Assembly: GCA_035285865.1 (NCBI GenBank) | Contig: JAYKHS010000015.1 | Location: forward strand, 1 to 64,000 | Length of the DNA: 64,000 nucleotides | Direction of reading: 5' to 3' | From: Candidatus Sericytochromatia bacterium | Lineage (GTDB): Bacteria > Cyanobacteriota > Sericytochromatia > S15B-MN24 > VGJW01 | Shown: in pieces, positions 1 to 7,672 of the stretch | Numbering within the stretch: the stretch's first letter is position 1 | How the letters are laid out: each line of letters opens with the position of its first letter | Made by a program: the position numbers and the translations under genes | The notes under the pieces: model-generated | What the model was told of the DNA's origin: nothing | Seen by the model: only the letters and a program-made list of their open reading frames with translations | Databases searched by the model: none

Positions 1-352
1 CCTTGCGCGTGCTGACCCCGTGCACGTAGGCCTCCTGGATGACCGACAGCAACGCCTGCTCCGAACGACGGCGGGGCTCGAGGAAGGACGGCAGGTACGT
101 CCCGTTCCGCAAACGCGGAATCCGCAGATCCAGCGTGCCCACCCGCGTGTCCCACGCCCGGTCCCGATAGCCGTTGCGATGGGCCTTGCGCTCGTCCGTT
201 TGCTCATGCAACGCGGCGCCGGCCAGCTTGCCGACCTCCACCTCCATCACCAACTGCACCATGCGCTCCACCATGGCCCGTAACGCATCGGCATGACCTT
301 CCCCCAACACTTTGCCGATGACCTCGCCCAACGTCCTGATATTCTCCGCCAC
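1..352 (-). CDS. IS256-family transposase, N-terminal part (cut by window edge; not in ORF track)
   Basis: Manual translation from GTG 352 (SD GAAGGAGG upstream): VAENIRTLGEV...HRNGYRDRAWDTRVGTLDLRIPRLRNGTYLPSFLEPRRRSEQALLSVIQEAYVHGVSTRK. These are the classic IS256/Mutator motifs. Confidence 0.95.
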   Translation of the reverse strand, partial: MAENIRTLGEVIGKVLGEGHADALRAMVERMVQLVMEVEVGKLAGAALHEQTDERKAHRNGYRDRAWDTRVGTLDLRIPRLRNGTYLPSFLEPRRRSEQALLSVIQEAYVHGVSTRK

Positions 353-428
353 CGCCTTGGACCTCCTTCGTTTGTTCGCAACTACGAAAGGATCGCGGCG
401 GTGGTTGCTGCTACAAGCCGCCGGCGGA

Positions 429-455
429 TTTACACCAACTCTAGGGACGTAACCC
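429..455. repeat. Putative terminal inverted repeat of the IS256 element
   Basis: TTACACCA...GGGACG pattern typical of IS256-family ends, about 75 bp upstream of the transposase start. The partner end is outside the window. Confidence 0.65.
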
Positions 456-749
456 TATGACACGTCGACGAATGTGTTTCTTGGAGGCATGACGAGACTC
501 TCCTTGCCCGGTCCGTGGCGCCTCTACGATGCATCGATGCAGGTCATCCGATGGCAATTTGATGCCTGAAGGCTCAACTCCACTGCCTGAAATGCCCGAC
601 GTGTTCAGGACCCTGCGAACCTCGGGCAATGCTCTGTCTGGTGGCATCGAACCAAGCCTGTGGCGAGTCCGATCAAGTCGAACGTTTCGTCCCCCCCACC
701 CGCGGGGCACGATGCCCTCGGGTGCCGTGACGACGCGGAGATTCGCCCG

Positions 750-1382
750 ATGCTTCTGCCCATGCTGGCCCACGAGGTTCCTGCGGGACCTGCGATTTAC
801 GGGTATGGGGACGCCGAATGGCATCACTGGGAGAACGCGACGCTGTTCCCCTGGGACCCCATGGTCGCCTATCGTCCCGTCGAGGATGGCGAGATGGGGC
901 GCGTGCTGCGTGCGGACAGCAAGGCTGCTGCTTCGATGATTCGGCGGCAGGTCACGATCGATCTGTCGCGGACACCGCGGTTGACCTGGGCCTGGAAGGT
1001 TGCAGGCCGGATCGCCGGTGCGGACGAGTCCGTCCGACGGACGGACGATGCCCCTGCGCGGGTCTACGTGTTCTGGAACCTGCACCACCGCAACGACCTG
1101 GTACGGGCGCAAGGCCTCGGCTATGTCTGGGGTCAACGGTTGCCTGCCGGCACCGTCCAGCCCGATCCCGACTCGCCTCGGATCGGGATTTTCGTGTTGC
1201 GCAGCGTGGCGGATGGCGTAGGCGTCTGGCGCCGCGAGTCACGCAACCTGCTCGAGGACTTCCGTGCGTACTTCAAGCGTGAGCCCGCAGGTCCCGTGAC
1301 GCTGGTGTCCCTGCTGACGGACACGGACCAGACGGGGCAGCGCGCGACGGCCTGGTACGGGCCGATCGAGGCGGGGCGGTAG
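750..1382 (+). CDS. DUF3047-family protein
   Basis: Motifs P.LTWAWKV, DDAPARVYV.W, LGYVW, W..ESRNL.ED, LLTDTDQTG..ATAWYG. Start is uncertain (ORF opens at 660). Confidence 0.8.
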   Translation: MLLPMLAHEVPAGPAIYGYGDAEWHHWENATLFPWDPMVAYRPVEDGEMGRVLRADSKAAASMIRRQVTIDLSRTPRLTWAWKVAGRIAGADESVRRTDDAPARVYVFWNLHHRNDLVRAQGLGYVWGQRLPAGTVQPDPDSPRIGIFVLRSVADGVGVWRRESRNLLEDFRAYFKREPAGPVTLVSLLTDTDQTGQRATAWYGPIEAGR

Positions 1383-1630
1383 GGGGGCGATGGCTGAGGC
1401 CCCGACGTCATGGGCTTTTTCGGCATAAGGATTGCGTAGCAGGCAAGCCTTATGACGTCGGAAGGATCTTCCCGTGGACGGGACGGCGACAATCGACGTG
1501 TCACCACAATGTGACTGACCGACGAATTCGGGATCCGGTAACAGGACTCTACTCTGTCGTTTAATGCCCCACGTCTCCCCGCATGCTCGGGGTGTCACCC
1601 GACCGGGCCAAGTCAGAAAGGGAGTTCCCG

Positions 1631-2206
1631 ATGCACGTCACGCTCTTGCTCACCGAACGGCAATCCGAAACCATCTACAACTCGTGGCATATCTTCGAGG
1701 CCTACGACAACCCCTCGACCGTGAGCCTCGCCGGTGGCGTATGGTGCACCGATGACGGGGGTGTTCACCGACTCGCCAAGGACGCTGCCGGCAGGCATCT
1801 GCTGATCTACGACGGTCCACGGTCCGGCGCGGCTGCCTTCGCTGCCACGGGGGTCGACTTCGAGACCCTTCCCGTGCTGGCCTACCGGACAAGCACACCG
1901 GACCAGCCGTGGTGGCAGAAGCCCGTCGATGAAGAGAAAGAGAGAAATCTTGCATGGACCAAGACCGAGCTGTTCGAGCCGAAAATCTATGGTGAGCCGA
2001 CCAAGACCGAACAGGGCTTTCCCGGCGGCTTGCTGGTAAAGGTCTGGTGGGACGAACCTTATTACTTTCTGGCCTATCTGCTCGACGGCGAGCCCGTCGC
2101 CAACCAGGCGGCCTCGAATTACCTTCGCGAGTTGGCGGCGATTGAGGCAGACCCTGAGGCATTCATCAAGGAACTGCAGGAGTTCCGTCGGAGTCGGCAG
2201 GCTTAG
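1631..2206 (+). CDS. Hypothetical protein (191 aa)
   Basis: SD AAAGGGAG before ATG 1631; globular-protein composition; no family recognised. Confidence 0.75.
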   Translation: MHVTLLLTERQSETIYNSWHIFEAYDNPSTVSLAGGVWCTDDGGVHRLAKDAAGRHLLIYDGPRSGAAAFAATGVDFETLPVLAYRTSTPDQPWWQKPVDEEKERNLAWTKTELFEPKIYGEPTKTEQGFPGGLLVKVWWDEPYYFLAYLLDGEPVANQAASNYLRELAAIEADPEAFIKELQEFRRSRQA

Positions 2207-2357
2207 CCGGATATCTCGCGATCGCCTGCCCTGTTGACCACGACGGACCTTCACGGTGCGGGAGGCGTCTCCGCGAACGGCTTGATACCCACGGGCGCGA
2301 TCTGGAAGACGTGGCCCTCGTGAACGGTGTCTGCCGGCTTGCGGAGCTGGGAGGCGA

Positions 2358-3362
2358 TCAGCCCGTCCTCGAGGGCTGATCCGTCGTCTCTGTGCCATAC
2401 CGCTCCATCGTCGCCCGGATTCTCGCGCGCATGGTTTCCCGCAACTCCGCAGGTTCCAGCACTTCGGCATCCGGTCCCCACTTCAGAATTTCCCGGATCA
2501 GGTCCGGCCCCTCTGCTCCATAGGGAATGCGCAGGTCCAGCGAGCCATCCGCGCAGTCATCCATCTGCTGCTCGGCATGCCACCGCTGGTCCCTCACCCA
2601 CCGGGCCACGGCAGGCACGAATCGGACCCGCGCCCATTGTCGATCGAGACGCTTGTGGATCCCGAAGACCCCGGCAAGGTCCTCGCGGGGATCCTGACCC
2701 GACACCGTGGCCTCGCGGTCGAATCCCGGGCCGCGGCGCAGGACGCGGTCGATGCGATCCACGCTGAACATGCGCCGTTCCCGACGCAGGTGGCACCACG
2801 CGTACAGGTACCAGTTGCCCGCGTAGCTGTGCAACAGCAGGGGATCGAGCGATCGAACCCCTTCGCTGCCGCTGCTTGGTGCCCTGTAGCGCACGGTCAG
2901 CGTCTGGTCGTTCGCCAGAGCCTCGAGCAGTTGCACGAAGATCCCGGATTGCGGCGGATGGTGCTCGGGCGTCTCGACGACTATCCGGTCGGCAAGGCAT
3001 GCCCACGGTCCGGGCAGCAAGCGGGCCAGGGGTTCCCCGAGATGCTCACCGTCGCGCAGGGTCGCCGCCAGCAGGGCCAGCCCCCCGAGCAGGACGCTGC
3101 TGGCTTCGCTGGCCAGCCAGGCCGGGGGCAACTCGGCGGCGACACAACCCGGCGGGTACCAGTAACCCTTGCGGGATGCGTCATAGGCGATGGGCGCACC
3201 CAGTTGGCGCTCGAAGCGTTCTATGGTGCGCCGGGCCGTGTCCACCGAAACCCCGAAGGTGCTGGCCATCTGGGAAGGCCGCGGAAATGTCCCGGCCTTC
3301 AGGCGCTCGTTGAACCATGCGAACCGGGCCCAGAGGCCCGCATCACCCTCGCCACCCTGCAT
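2358..3362 (-). CDS. WYL-domain transcriptional regulator (HTH-WYL-WCX, YafY/PafB-like)
   Basis: N-terminal wHTH (MASTFGVSVDTARRTIE...YDASRKGYWY), WYL core (YAGNWYLYAWCHLRRERRMFSVDRI) and WCX tail (ILKWGPDAEVLEPAELR). ATG 3362 is the likely start within the 1208-aa track ORF. Confidence 0.92.
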   Translation of the reverse strand: MQGGEGDAGLWARFAWFNERLKAGTFPRPSQMASTFGVSVDTARRTIERFERQLGAPIAYDASRKGYWYPPGCVAAELPPAWLASEASSVLLGGLALLAATLRDGEHLGEPLARLLPGPWACLADRIVVETPEHHPPQSGIFVQLLEALANDQTLTVRYRAPSSGSEGVRSLDPLLLHSYAGNWYLYAWCHLRRERRMFSVDRIDRVLRRGPGFDREATVSGQDPREDLAGVFGIHKRLDRQWARVRFVPAVARWVRDQRWHAEQQMDDCADGSLDLRIPYGAEGPDLIREILKWGPDAEVLEPAELRETMRARIRATMERYGTETTDQPSRTG

Positions 3363-3443
3363 GACCTGAAGCCTAGCACGAACCCTGGTGAATCCTGCCC
3401 CAGGTCGTGCCGGATGTTGGGATTGCAAGCGAGGAGGCCGGTG

Positions 3444-5363
3444 ATGACCGAAGAGATTTTGACAGGCAGTCCCATCAGGGATGCCGCCCTGCTGCGCTTG
3501 ATGGTCATCGAACGCATCCGGACGGCGACCACTCCCGATCGGGCCGCTGCCGAGGCGGCCATGCGAGCCCTTTGCGATTACCTCGCGGAGCCCTGTCCCG
3601 TGGTGCTCTGGTTTCCTTCGCCGCTGATGGCCGCGATGGCCCACGGCCTGCTTCGCGAGATGACGCGGCGGGGTGAGGCTTGGAGTCGCCACGTGGTGGC
3701 CATGGCCGCGGCTGAGGTCCGTGGGCCCGTGGCGTGTCCCCCGGAGCTCGCGGCCCTGCTGCCCGGATCCCTGCCGTCGACCGGCTGGCGGGACCTTGGC
3801 GAAGAGCTGTGGGGCCCGGCTGCTTCGGAAGATGCCGCACACGCCCTGTCCCCTGAGGTCTGGCGCGGCGTCTGGAAGCGCCTCGCGACCGAACTCTGGC
3901 ATCAGGCGTGGGATGCAGGGCGCACGCTGCCGGAGCCGGGGCCATTCGTGGGCGGTTGGCAGGCATTGGAGCTGGATCATCGCCTGCGCCGACTCGAACG
4001 TCGGGTCCGCGACCTGCTGGGCGGCGAATCGGGCAATCCCCGGGATGGGGTGCATCGACTGGTATGGCAACATCTGACCGAGTTCGTGGGGGCCGCTTCG
4101 GGGGACGTCCTGTGGCCCGAGCCTGCCGAGGCCATGGGCCACGTGACGATGCCCCACGCCTGGGCTTGGCTCGACATCGTGACGGAGGCGGAACTGTCCG
4201 CGGAGCCCGAAGCGCAGCATCTGCTCGGCATCCTGCGCGTCCTTTCCCGCGCTGGTACGTGGCGCATTGCGTGCAAGCACGTGTGGTTCATGGCGGACCC
4301 GCCCTGCCAGATCAGTCTGGAACCCGGGCATGAGGCCGCATTGCTCCACGCCGAGCGCGACGCGGCGCTGCGCTACGCCGACGGCCACGTCCTGCACGCA
4401 TGGTTCGGTGAACGGGTGCATCCCCGGTTCGCGAACCTTCCTGCCCGCATGACCTGGGAGGACGTCGTCGGTGAACGTGAGGTCGCGAGGCAGCGCGCGA
4501 TGCTGGGCATGCTTCAGCCCTCGGAGTGGCGGCGCGCCACCGTGCGCGAGGGCGTGGGCTGGCACGAACCTGCCCGGGGTCGGTGCCAGGTCCTCGAGGT
4601 CAAGCCTCCGGGGCACTCGGGCCGGCCATGGAACGTGCTCGAGACGGCACGTCCGGGCTCCGGCCTTCGCCAGCGCATCCGATTGCCCGGCGATCTGATG
4701 GAGGCACGTGCCATCCGGGAGTGGTTGCTTGGCCCGGATGGCGAGAACGATCCGGAAGGGGCCGAGGAAGCGGCCGCGGCGGTACCGATGTCGGCAGATA
4801 ACCACGAGGAGGTCAGGACCATGGGACAGGAGAGCACGCGCAAGCGCCGGGGGCGGCTCGAGGCAGCCGTTCGACAGGCGGTGGCGGCGGCGATGCAGGA
4901 TCCGGTAAGGGAGCGTCATTCCATCGGTGAATCGGAGCAGGAGCGCGACATGCTCATCCACCGGATAATCGAGGGACTTCGCGATCCAGCGAAACGTCAC
5001 GATGATCGCTTGGCCGAGTTGCTCGGGCGCCTGATTCGGATCACGGGACCCGACATCAACTGCTATCCGGGCCTGCCCGGAACGGCCTGTCATCGGGAGT
5101 GCTGGCTCTTCAGCATCGTGCCCTTGCACGGTGAACCCGAGTCCGATGCGTGCATGCGGTTCCCGGACCTCCTGCGCATCCTGCGGGATCACGCCGACAA
5201 GTGTCGCAACACCCGTCGCTTCATCGTCGTCACCGAAGAGTGGTCGGCGCGCGCATGGCACGACTGGCGGGACAGCCTGGCCGTCCTCGAGAGCCGGGGG
5301 ATCCGGATCGAGGTCTTCCTCTGGGCCGGTGCCGAGTTGACCCGCATCTCCACCCAGACTTGA
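3444..5363 (+). CDS. DUF6745-like protein fused in frame to a ~180-aa unknown C-terminal domain
   Basis: SD GAGGAGG at 3431-3437. Motifs DRAAAEAA, VVLWFPSP, LH...DAALRYADG..LHAWFGERV and RIRLP...EA..WLLG resemble DUF6745. There is a second SD and ATG at 4806-4823. Confidence 0.7.
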   Translation: MTEEILTGSPIRDAALLRLMVIERIRTATTPDRAAAEAAMRALCDYLAEPCPVVLWFPSPLMAAMAHGLLREMTRRGEAWSRHVVAMAAAEVRGPVACPPELAALLPGSLPSTGWRDLGEELWGPAASEDAAHALSPEVWRGVWKRLATELWHQAWDAGRTLPEPGPFVGGWQALELDHRLRRLERRVRDLLGGESGNPRDGVHRLVWQHLTEFVGAASGDVLWPEPAEAMGHVTMPHAWAWLDIVTEAELSAEPEAQHLLGILRVLSRAGTWRIACKHVWFMADPPCQISLEPGHEAALLHAERDAALRYADGHVLHAWFGERVHPRFANLPARMTWEDVVGEREVARQRAMLGMLQPSEWRRATVREGVGWHEPARGRCQVLEVKPPGHSGRPWNVLETARPGSGLRQRIRLPGDLMEARAIREWLLGPDGENDPEGAEEAAAAVPMSADNHEEVRTMGQESTRKRRGRLEAAVRQAVAAAMQDPVRERHSIGESEQERDMLIHRIIEGLRDPAKRHDDRLAELLGRLIRITGPDINCYPGLPGTACHRECWLFSIVPLHGEPESDACMRFPDLLRILRDHADKCRNTRRFIVVTEEWSARAWHDWRDSLAVLESRGIRIEVFLWAGAELTRISTQT

Positions 5364-5471
5364 GCGGCGGGGTCCCGGCGCTGCCTGCGCCGACAGGCCT
5401 ATGGCCGGTGGCTTCCCTCGCCAGTCCGGCGGGTATGCTATCCGCGAGCCATTCACGATGGAGTGACCCGC

Positions 5472-6197
5472 ATGCGCAGTGCCAATCCGACCCTGAACGC
5501 CAACACCTTCCGCGGCATCGAACGCACGGCGGGCGATCGGCCGATGACCCTGGACGACGTCGTCAACCGTGCGGTGTTCCTGCTGATCCTGGTGTTGTCC
5601 GGGGCCATCGGGACTTGGCAACTGCTGCCCGATCCGGGGACGATTTTTCCGGTTGCGACCCTCGGGGCCTTTGTCCTTGGCATCATCACGGTCTTCGCCA
5701 AGCGGGCGGCATTCGTTACGGCTCCCCTCTATTCCGTGCTGGAGGGTGTCTCCCTGGGGGCTCTCTCGTACCTGACCGAGAGGGCTTATCCCGGCATTGC
5801 TGCAGAAGCGCTGGGTCTGACGCTGTGCATCTTTCTGGCCTTGCTCATGGCCTACCGCACGAGGCTGGTGCAGCCCTCCGAGAATTTCAAGTTGGGCGTC
5901 ACGGCTGCCACTGCCGGCTTGTGCCTTTTCTACTTGGCGGGGTTCATCGGTTCGTTCTTCGGGTGGCAGTTGCCGCTGATCCATGAGACGGGCCTGCTCG
6001 GGATCGGCTTCAGCCTCTTCGTCGTGGTGCTGGCGTCGATGAACCTCGTGCTCGATTTCGACTTCATCGAAGAGGGCGTGCGCAACCGGGTGCCGCGCTA
6101 CATGGCTTGGTACTCGGCATTCGGGCTGGTCGTCACGCTGGTCTGGCTGTACGTCGAGATTCTCAACCTGCTCGTGAAACTTCGCAGCAGGGATTGA
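5472..6197 (+). CDS. Bax inhibitor-1/YccA-family membrane protein
   Basis: MRSANP start, MTLDDVV, about 7 TM segments, NLVLDFDFIEEG, W..AFGLVVTLVWLYVEIL. Confidence 0.9.
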   Translation: MRSANPTLNANTFRGIERTAGDRPMTLDDVVNRAVFLLILVLSGAIGTWQLLPDPGTIFPVATLGAFVLGIITVFAKRAAFVTAPLYSVLEGVSLGALSYLTERAYPGIAAEALGLTLCIFLALLMAYRTRLVQPSENFKLGVTAATAGLCLFYLAGFIGSFFGWQLPLIHETGLLGIGFSLFVVVLASMNLVLDFDFIEEGVRNRVPRYMAWYSAFGLVVTLVWLYVEILNLLVKLRSRD

Positions 6198-6231
6198 CGG
6201 CGAGCATCGTCAGCCTTTCGCCCCAAAGCCT

Positions 6232-6265
6232 GCGCCCCCCGGACCGTCGACGGTCCGGGGGGCGC
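6232..6265. terminator. Perfect 34-bp palindrome, probable bidirectional terminator
   Basis: GCGCCCCCCGGACCG-TCGA-CGGTCCGGGGGGCGC lies between convergent stop codons at 6197 and 6271. Confidence 0.7.
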
Positions 6266-6270
6266 GTCCC

Positions 6271-7410
6271 TCACGCCACGCCGCCGTATGTGGATCCCGA
6301 GGAGTTGGGCGGCGTCGCCTCCGTTTCCTCGGGGGATTCCGGAACTGGGGCAACAGGCGGTTCCACGGGTGCCGGAGCTTCGGGCTCTGCCGGAGGTGCG
6401 GGAGGAGCCGGAGGCTCGGGTGCCGCGGGCGGGGCTGGTGGCGCGGGAGAGGCCGGAGGCTCGGGTGCCGCGGGCGGGGCTGGCGGCGCGGGTGAAGGAT
6501 CCTCCTCCTCCTCCTCCGGTTCCTCCGCGACGGGCTCCTCCTCTACCGGTTCATCGATGACCGGTTCTTCCTGGACGGGATCTTCCTCCTCCTCGACCGG
6601 AGGCGCCGGAGGCGCAGGTGGCGCCGCCTCTCCCAGCCACTCGGGCAGATCCAGGCGACCGTCGCCATTGGTGTCCTTGCTGGCCAGCACATCGCCCTGA
6701 ATTTCCTTGCCGGACAGGAATCCGTCGCTGTTCCGCTCGTAATCCGCGAACTGCTTCTCCAGACGCGAGCGCTCGCGCGCCGCGACGAACTCGTCCTTCG
6801 ACACGCTGCCGTCGGCATCCTTGTCCAGTGCAGCCAGATCGAACTTCGCGGCTTCCTTGCCCGTGAGCACGCCGTCCTTGTTCCGGTCATAGGCATCGAA
6901 GCGCGCTGCAAAGTCCACGTTCCGCTGGTTGTAGCGGCGTAGTTCGCCTTTGGCCACCACGCCATCGCCGTTCTCGTCAGCTTTCTTGACTTTCGCTGCT
7001 TCCTTGCCCGTCAAGACGCCGTCTTCGTTCTTGTCGAAGCGCTTCATCTGCTTGTTGGTCTTGACACCGTCCCGGCCAAGCTTGAACTCTTCCTTCGTGA
7101 GGGCCTCGTCGCCGTTGCGATCCCAGCCTTCGTGCTTCTTGCGGATCTCCTTGCCGGTCAGGACGCCGTCGTTGTTCTTGTCGAGCTTGGCGAAGCGCTT
7201 GTCCTCAAGGGATAGACCGCTCGCCTTGCCCTGCCCGCCGGCGGCCTTGCGCTCGTCGGTCGCAGCCTTCCCGATTGCAGCTTTCCCAGGCGCTGCCTTG
7301 TTCTCGGCCTTTGCTGACTTGGTAATATCAGGAGCCTTTGCTCTGGGGGCAGAGGCCGTCTTGTTCGCCTTGCCACCGCCGCCACCCTTGCCGTTGATCT
7401 TGCCTGCCAT
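6271..7410 (-). CDS. Multi-EF-hand calcium-binding protein with Lys/Ala-rich N-terminus and Pro/Glu-rich tail
   Basis: Eight EF-hand-like loops, e.g. DKNNDGVLTGKE, DKNEDGVLTGKE, DRNKDGVLTGKE, DKDADGSVSKDE, DTNGDGRLDLPE. Confidence 0.85.
   Translation of the reverse strand: MAGKINGKGGGGGKANKTASAPRAKAPDITKSAKAENKAAPGKAAIGKAATDERKAAGGQGKASGLSLEDKRFAKLDKNNDGVLTGKEIRKKHEGWDRNGDEALTKEEFKLGRDGVKTNKQMKRFDKNEDGVLTGKEAAKVKKADENGDGVVAKGELRRYNQRNVDFAARFDAYDRNKDGVLTGKEAAKFDLAALDKDADGSVSKDEFVAARERSRLEKQFADYERNSDGFLSGKEIQGDVLASKDTNGDGRLDLPEWLGEAAPPAPPAPPVEEEEDPVQEEPVIDEPVEEEPVAEEPEEEEEDPSPAPPAPPAAPEPPASPAPPAPPAAPEPPAPPAPPAEPEAPAPVEPPVAPVPESPEETEATPPNSSGSTYGGVA
6407..6492. repeat. 45-bp tandem duplication (about 2 copies) encoding PAPPAPPAAPEPPA
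   Basis: Unit GCCGGAGGCTCGGGTGCCGCGGGCGGGGCTGG(T/C)GGCGCGGG at 6407 and 6452. Confidence 0.85.
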
Positions 7411-7672
7411 CTTCGATAAGCCTCGCGTGGTCTGTCGTCAGTGCTGGAACAGCTTCCTTGAGACATGGTGGCAGCCGGAACGCCCGTGTCTGTATCCTTT
7501 CATCAGATTTTCACGATGGGCTGGACGGCGGTACCCCCCCCTCGGGCCGGCCTCAAGCGCACCTGGCCGTGGTCTCGGCCAGAGGGAGCCGTCCCGAATC
7601 TCCTTCTTTGCCATGGCTGCCCCGGGTGGAACCGCCCGGGGATGCCAAGCCCTGCCCCTTCGTGGTAGGACC

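Larger units (their letters stand above)
1..455 (-). mobile_element. IS256-family insertion sequence, left end (continues beyond window start)
   Basis: Transposase N-terminus on the minus strand, plus an IS256-like terminal sequence (TTTACACCAACTCTAGGGACGTAACCC) at about 429-455. Confidence 0.85.

Noticed and set aside
20..283. 87-aa His-rich plus-strand ORF
   Set aside because: Antisense shadow of the IS256 transposase
489..659. Readthrough extension of the DUF3047 gene from ATG 489 through two in-frame UGAs
   Set aside because: SD spacing is only 1 nt, there is no Cys-like context or SECIS, and the peptide is not recognisable
2251..2481. 76-aa ORF overlapping the WYL 3' end
   Set aside because: Extensive overlap, no SD or recognisable motif; insufficient support
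2577..3443. N-terminal part of the 928-aa plus-strand ORF
   Set aside because: Antisense to the WYL gene; a strong SD supports a start at 3441 or 3444
3363..5984. 874-aa N-terminal extension making a 1208-aa WYL protein
   Set aside because: It is antisense to the DUF6745-like and YccA genes and has shadow-frame composition. The WYL protein is complete from ATG 3362.
6107..6700. Gly/Ser-rich 197-aa ORF
   Set aside because: Antisense reading of the Pro/Glu tail of the EF-hand gene, and it crosses the terminator palindrome
6950..7672. 241-aa N-terminal extension of RF3
   Set aside because: Largely antisense to the EF-hand gene; RF3 homology starts near 7740
7411..7672. ncRNA or riboswitch upstream of prfC
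   Set aside because: Only short GC-rich hairpins with no recognisable family motif; cannot be supported without a covariance search
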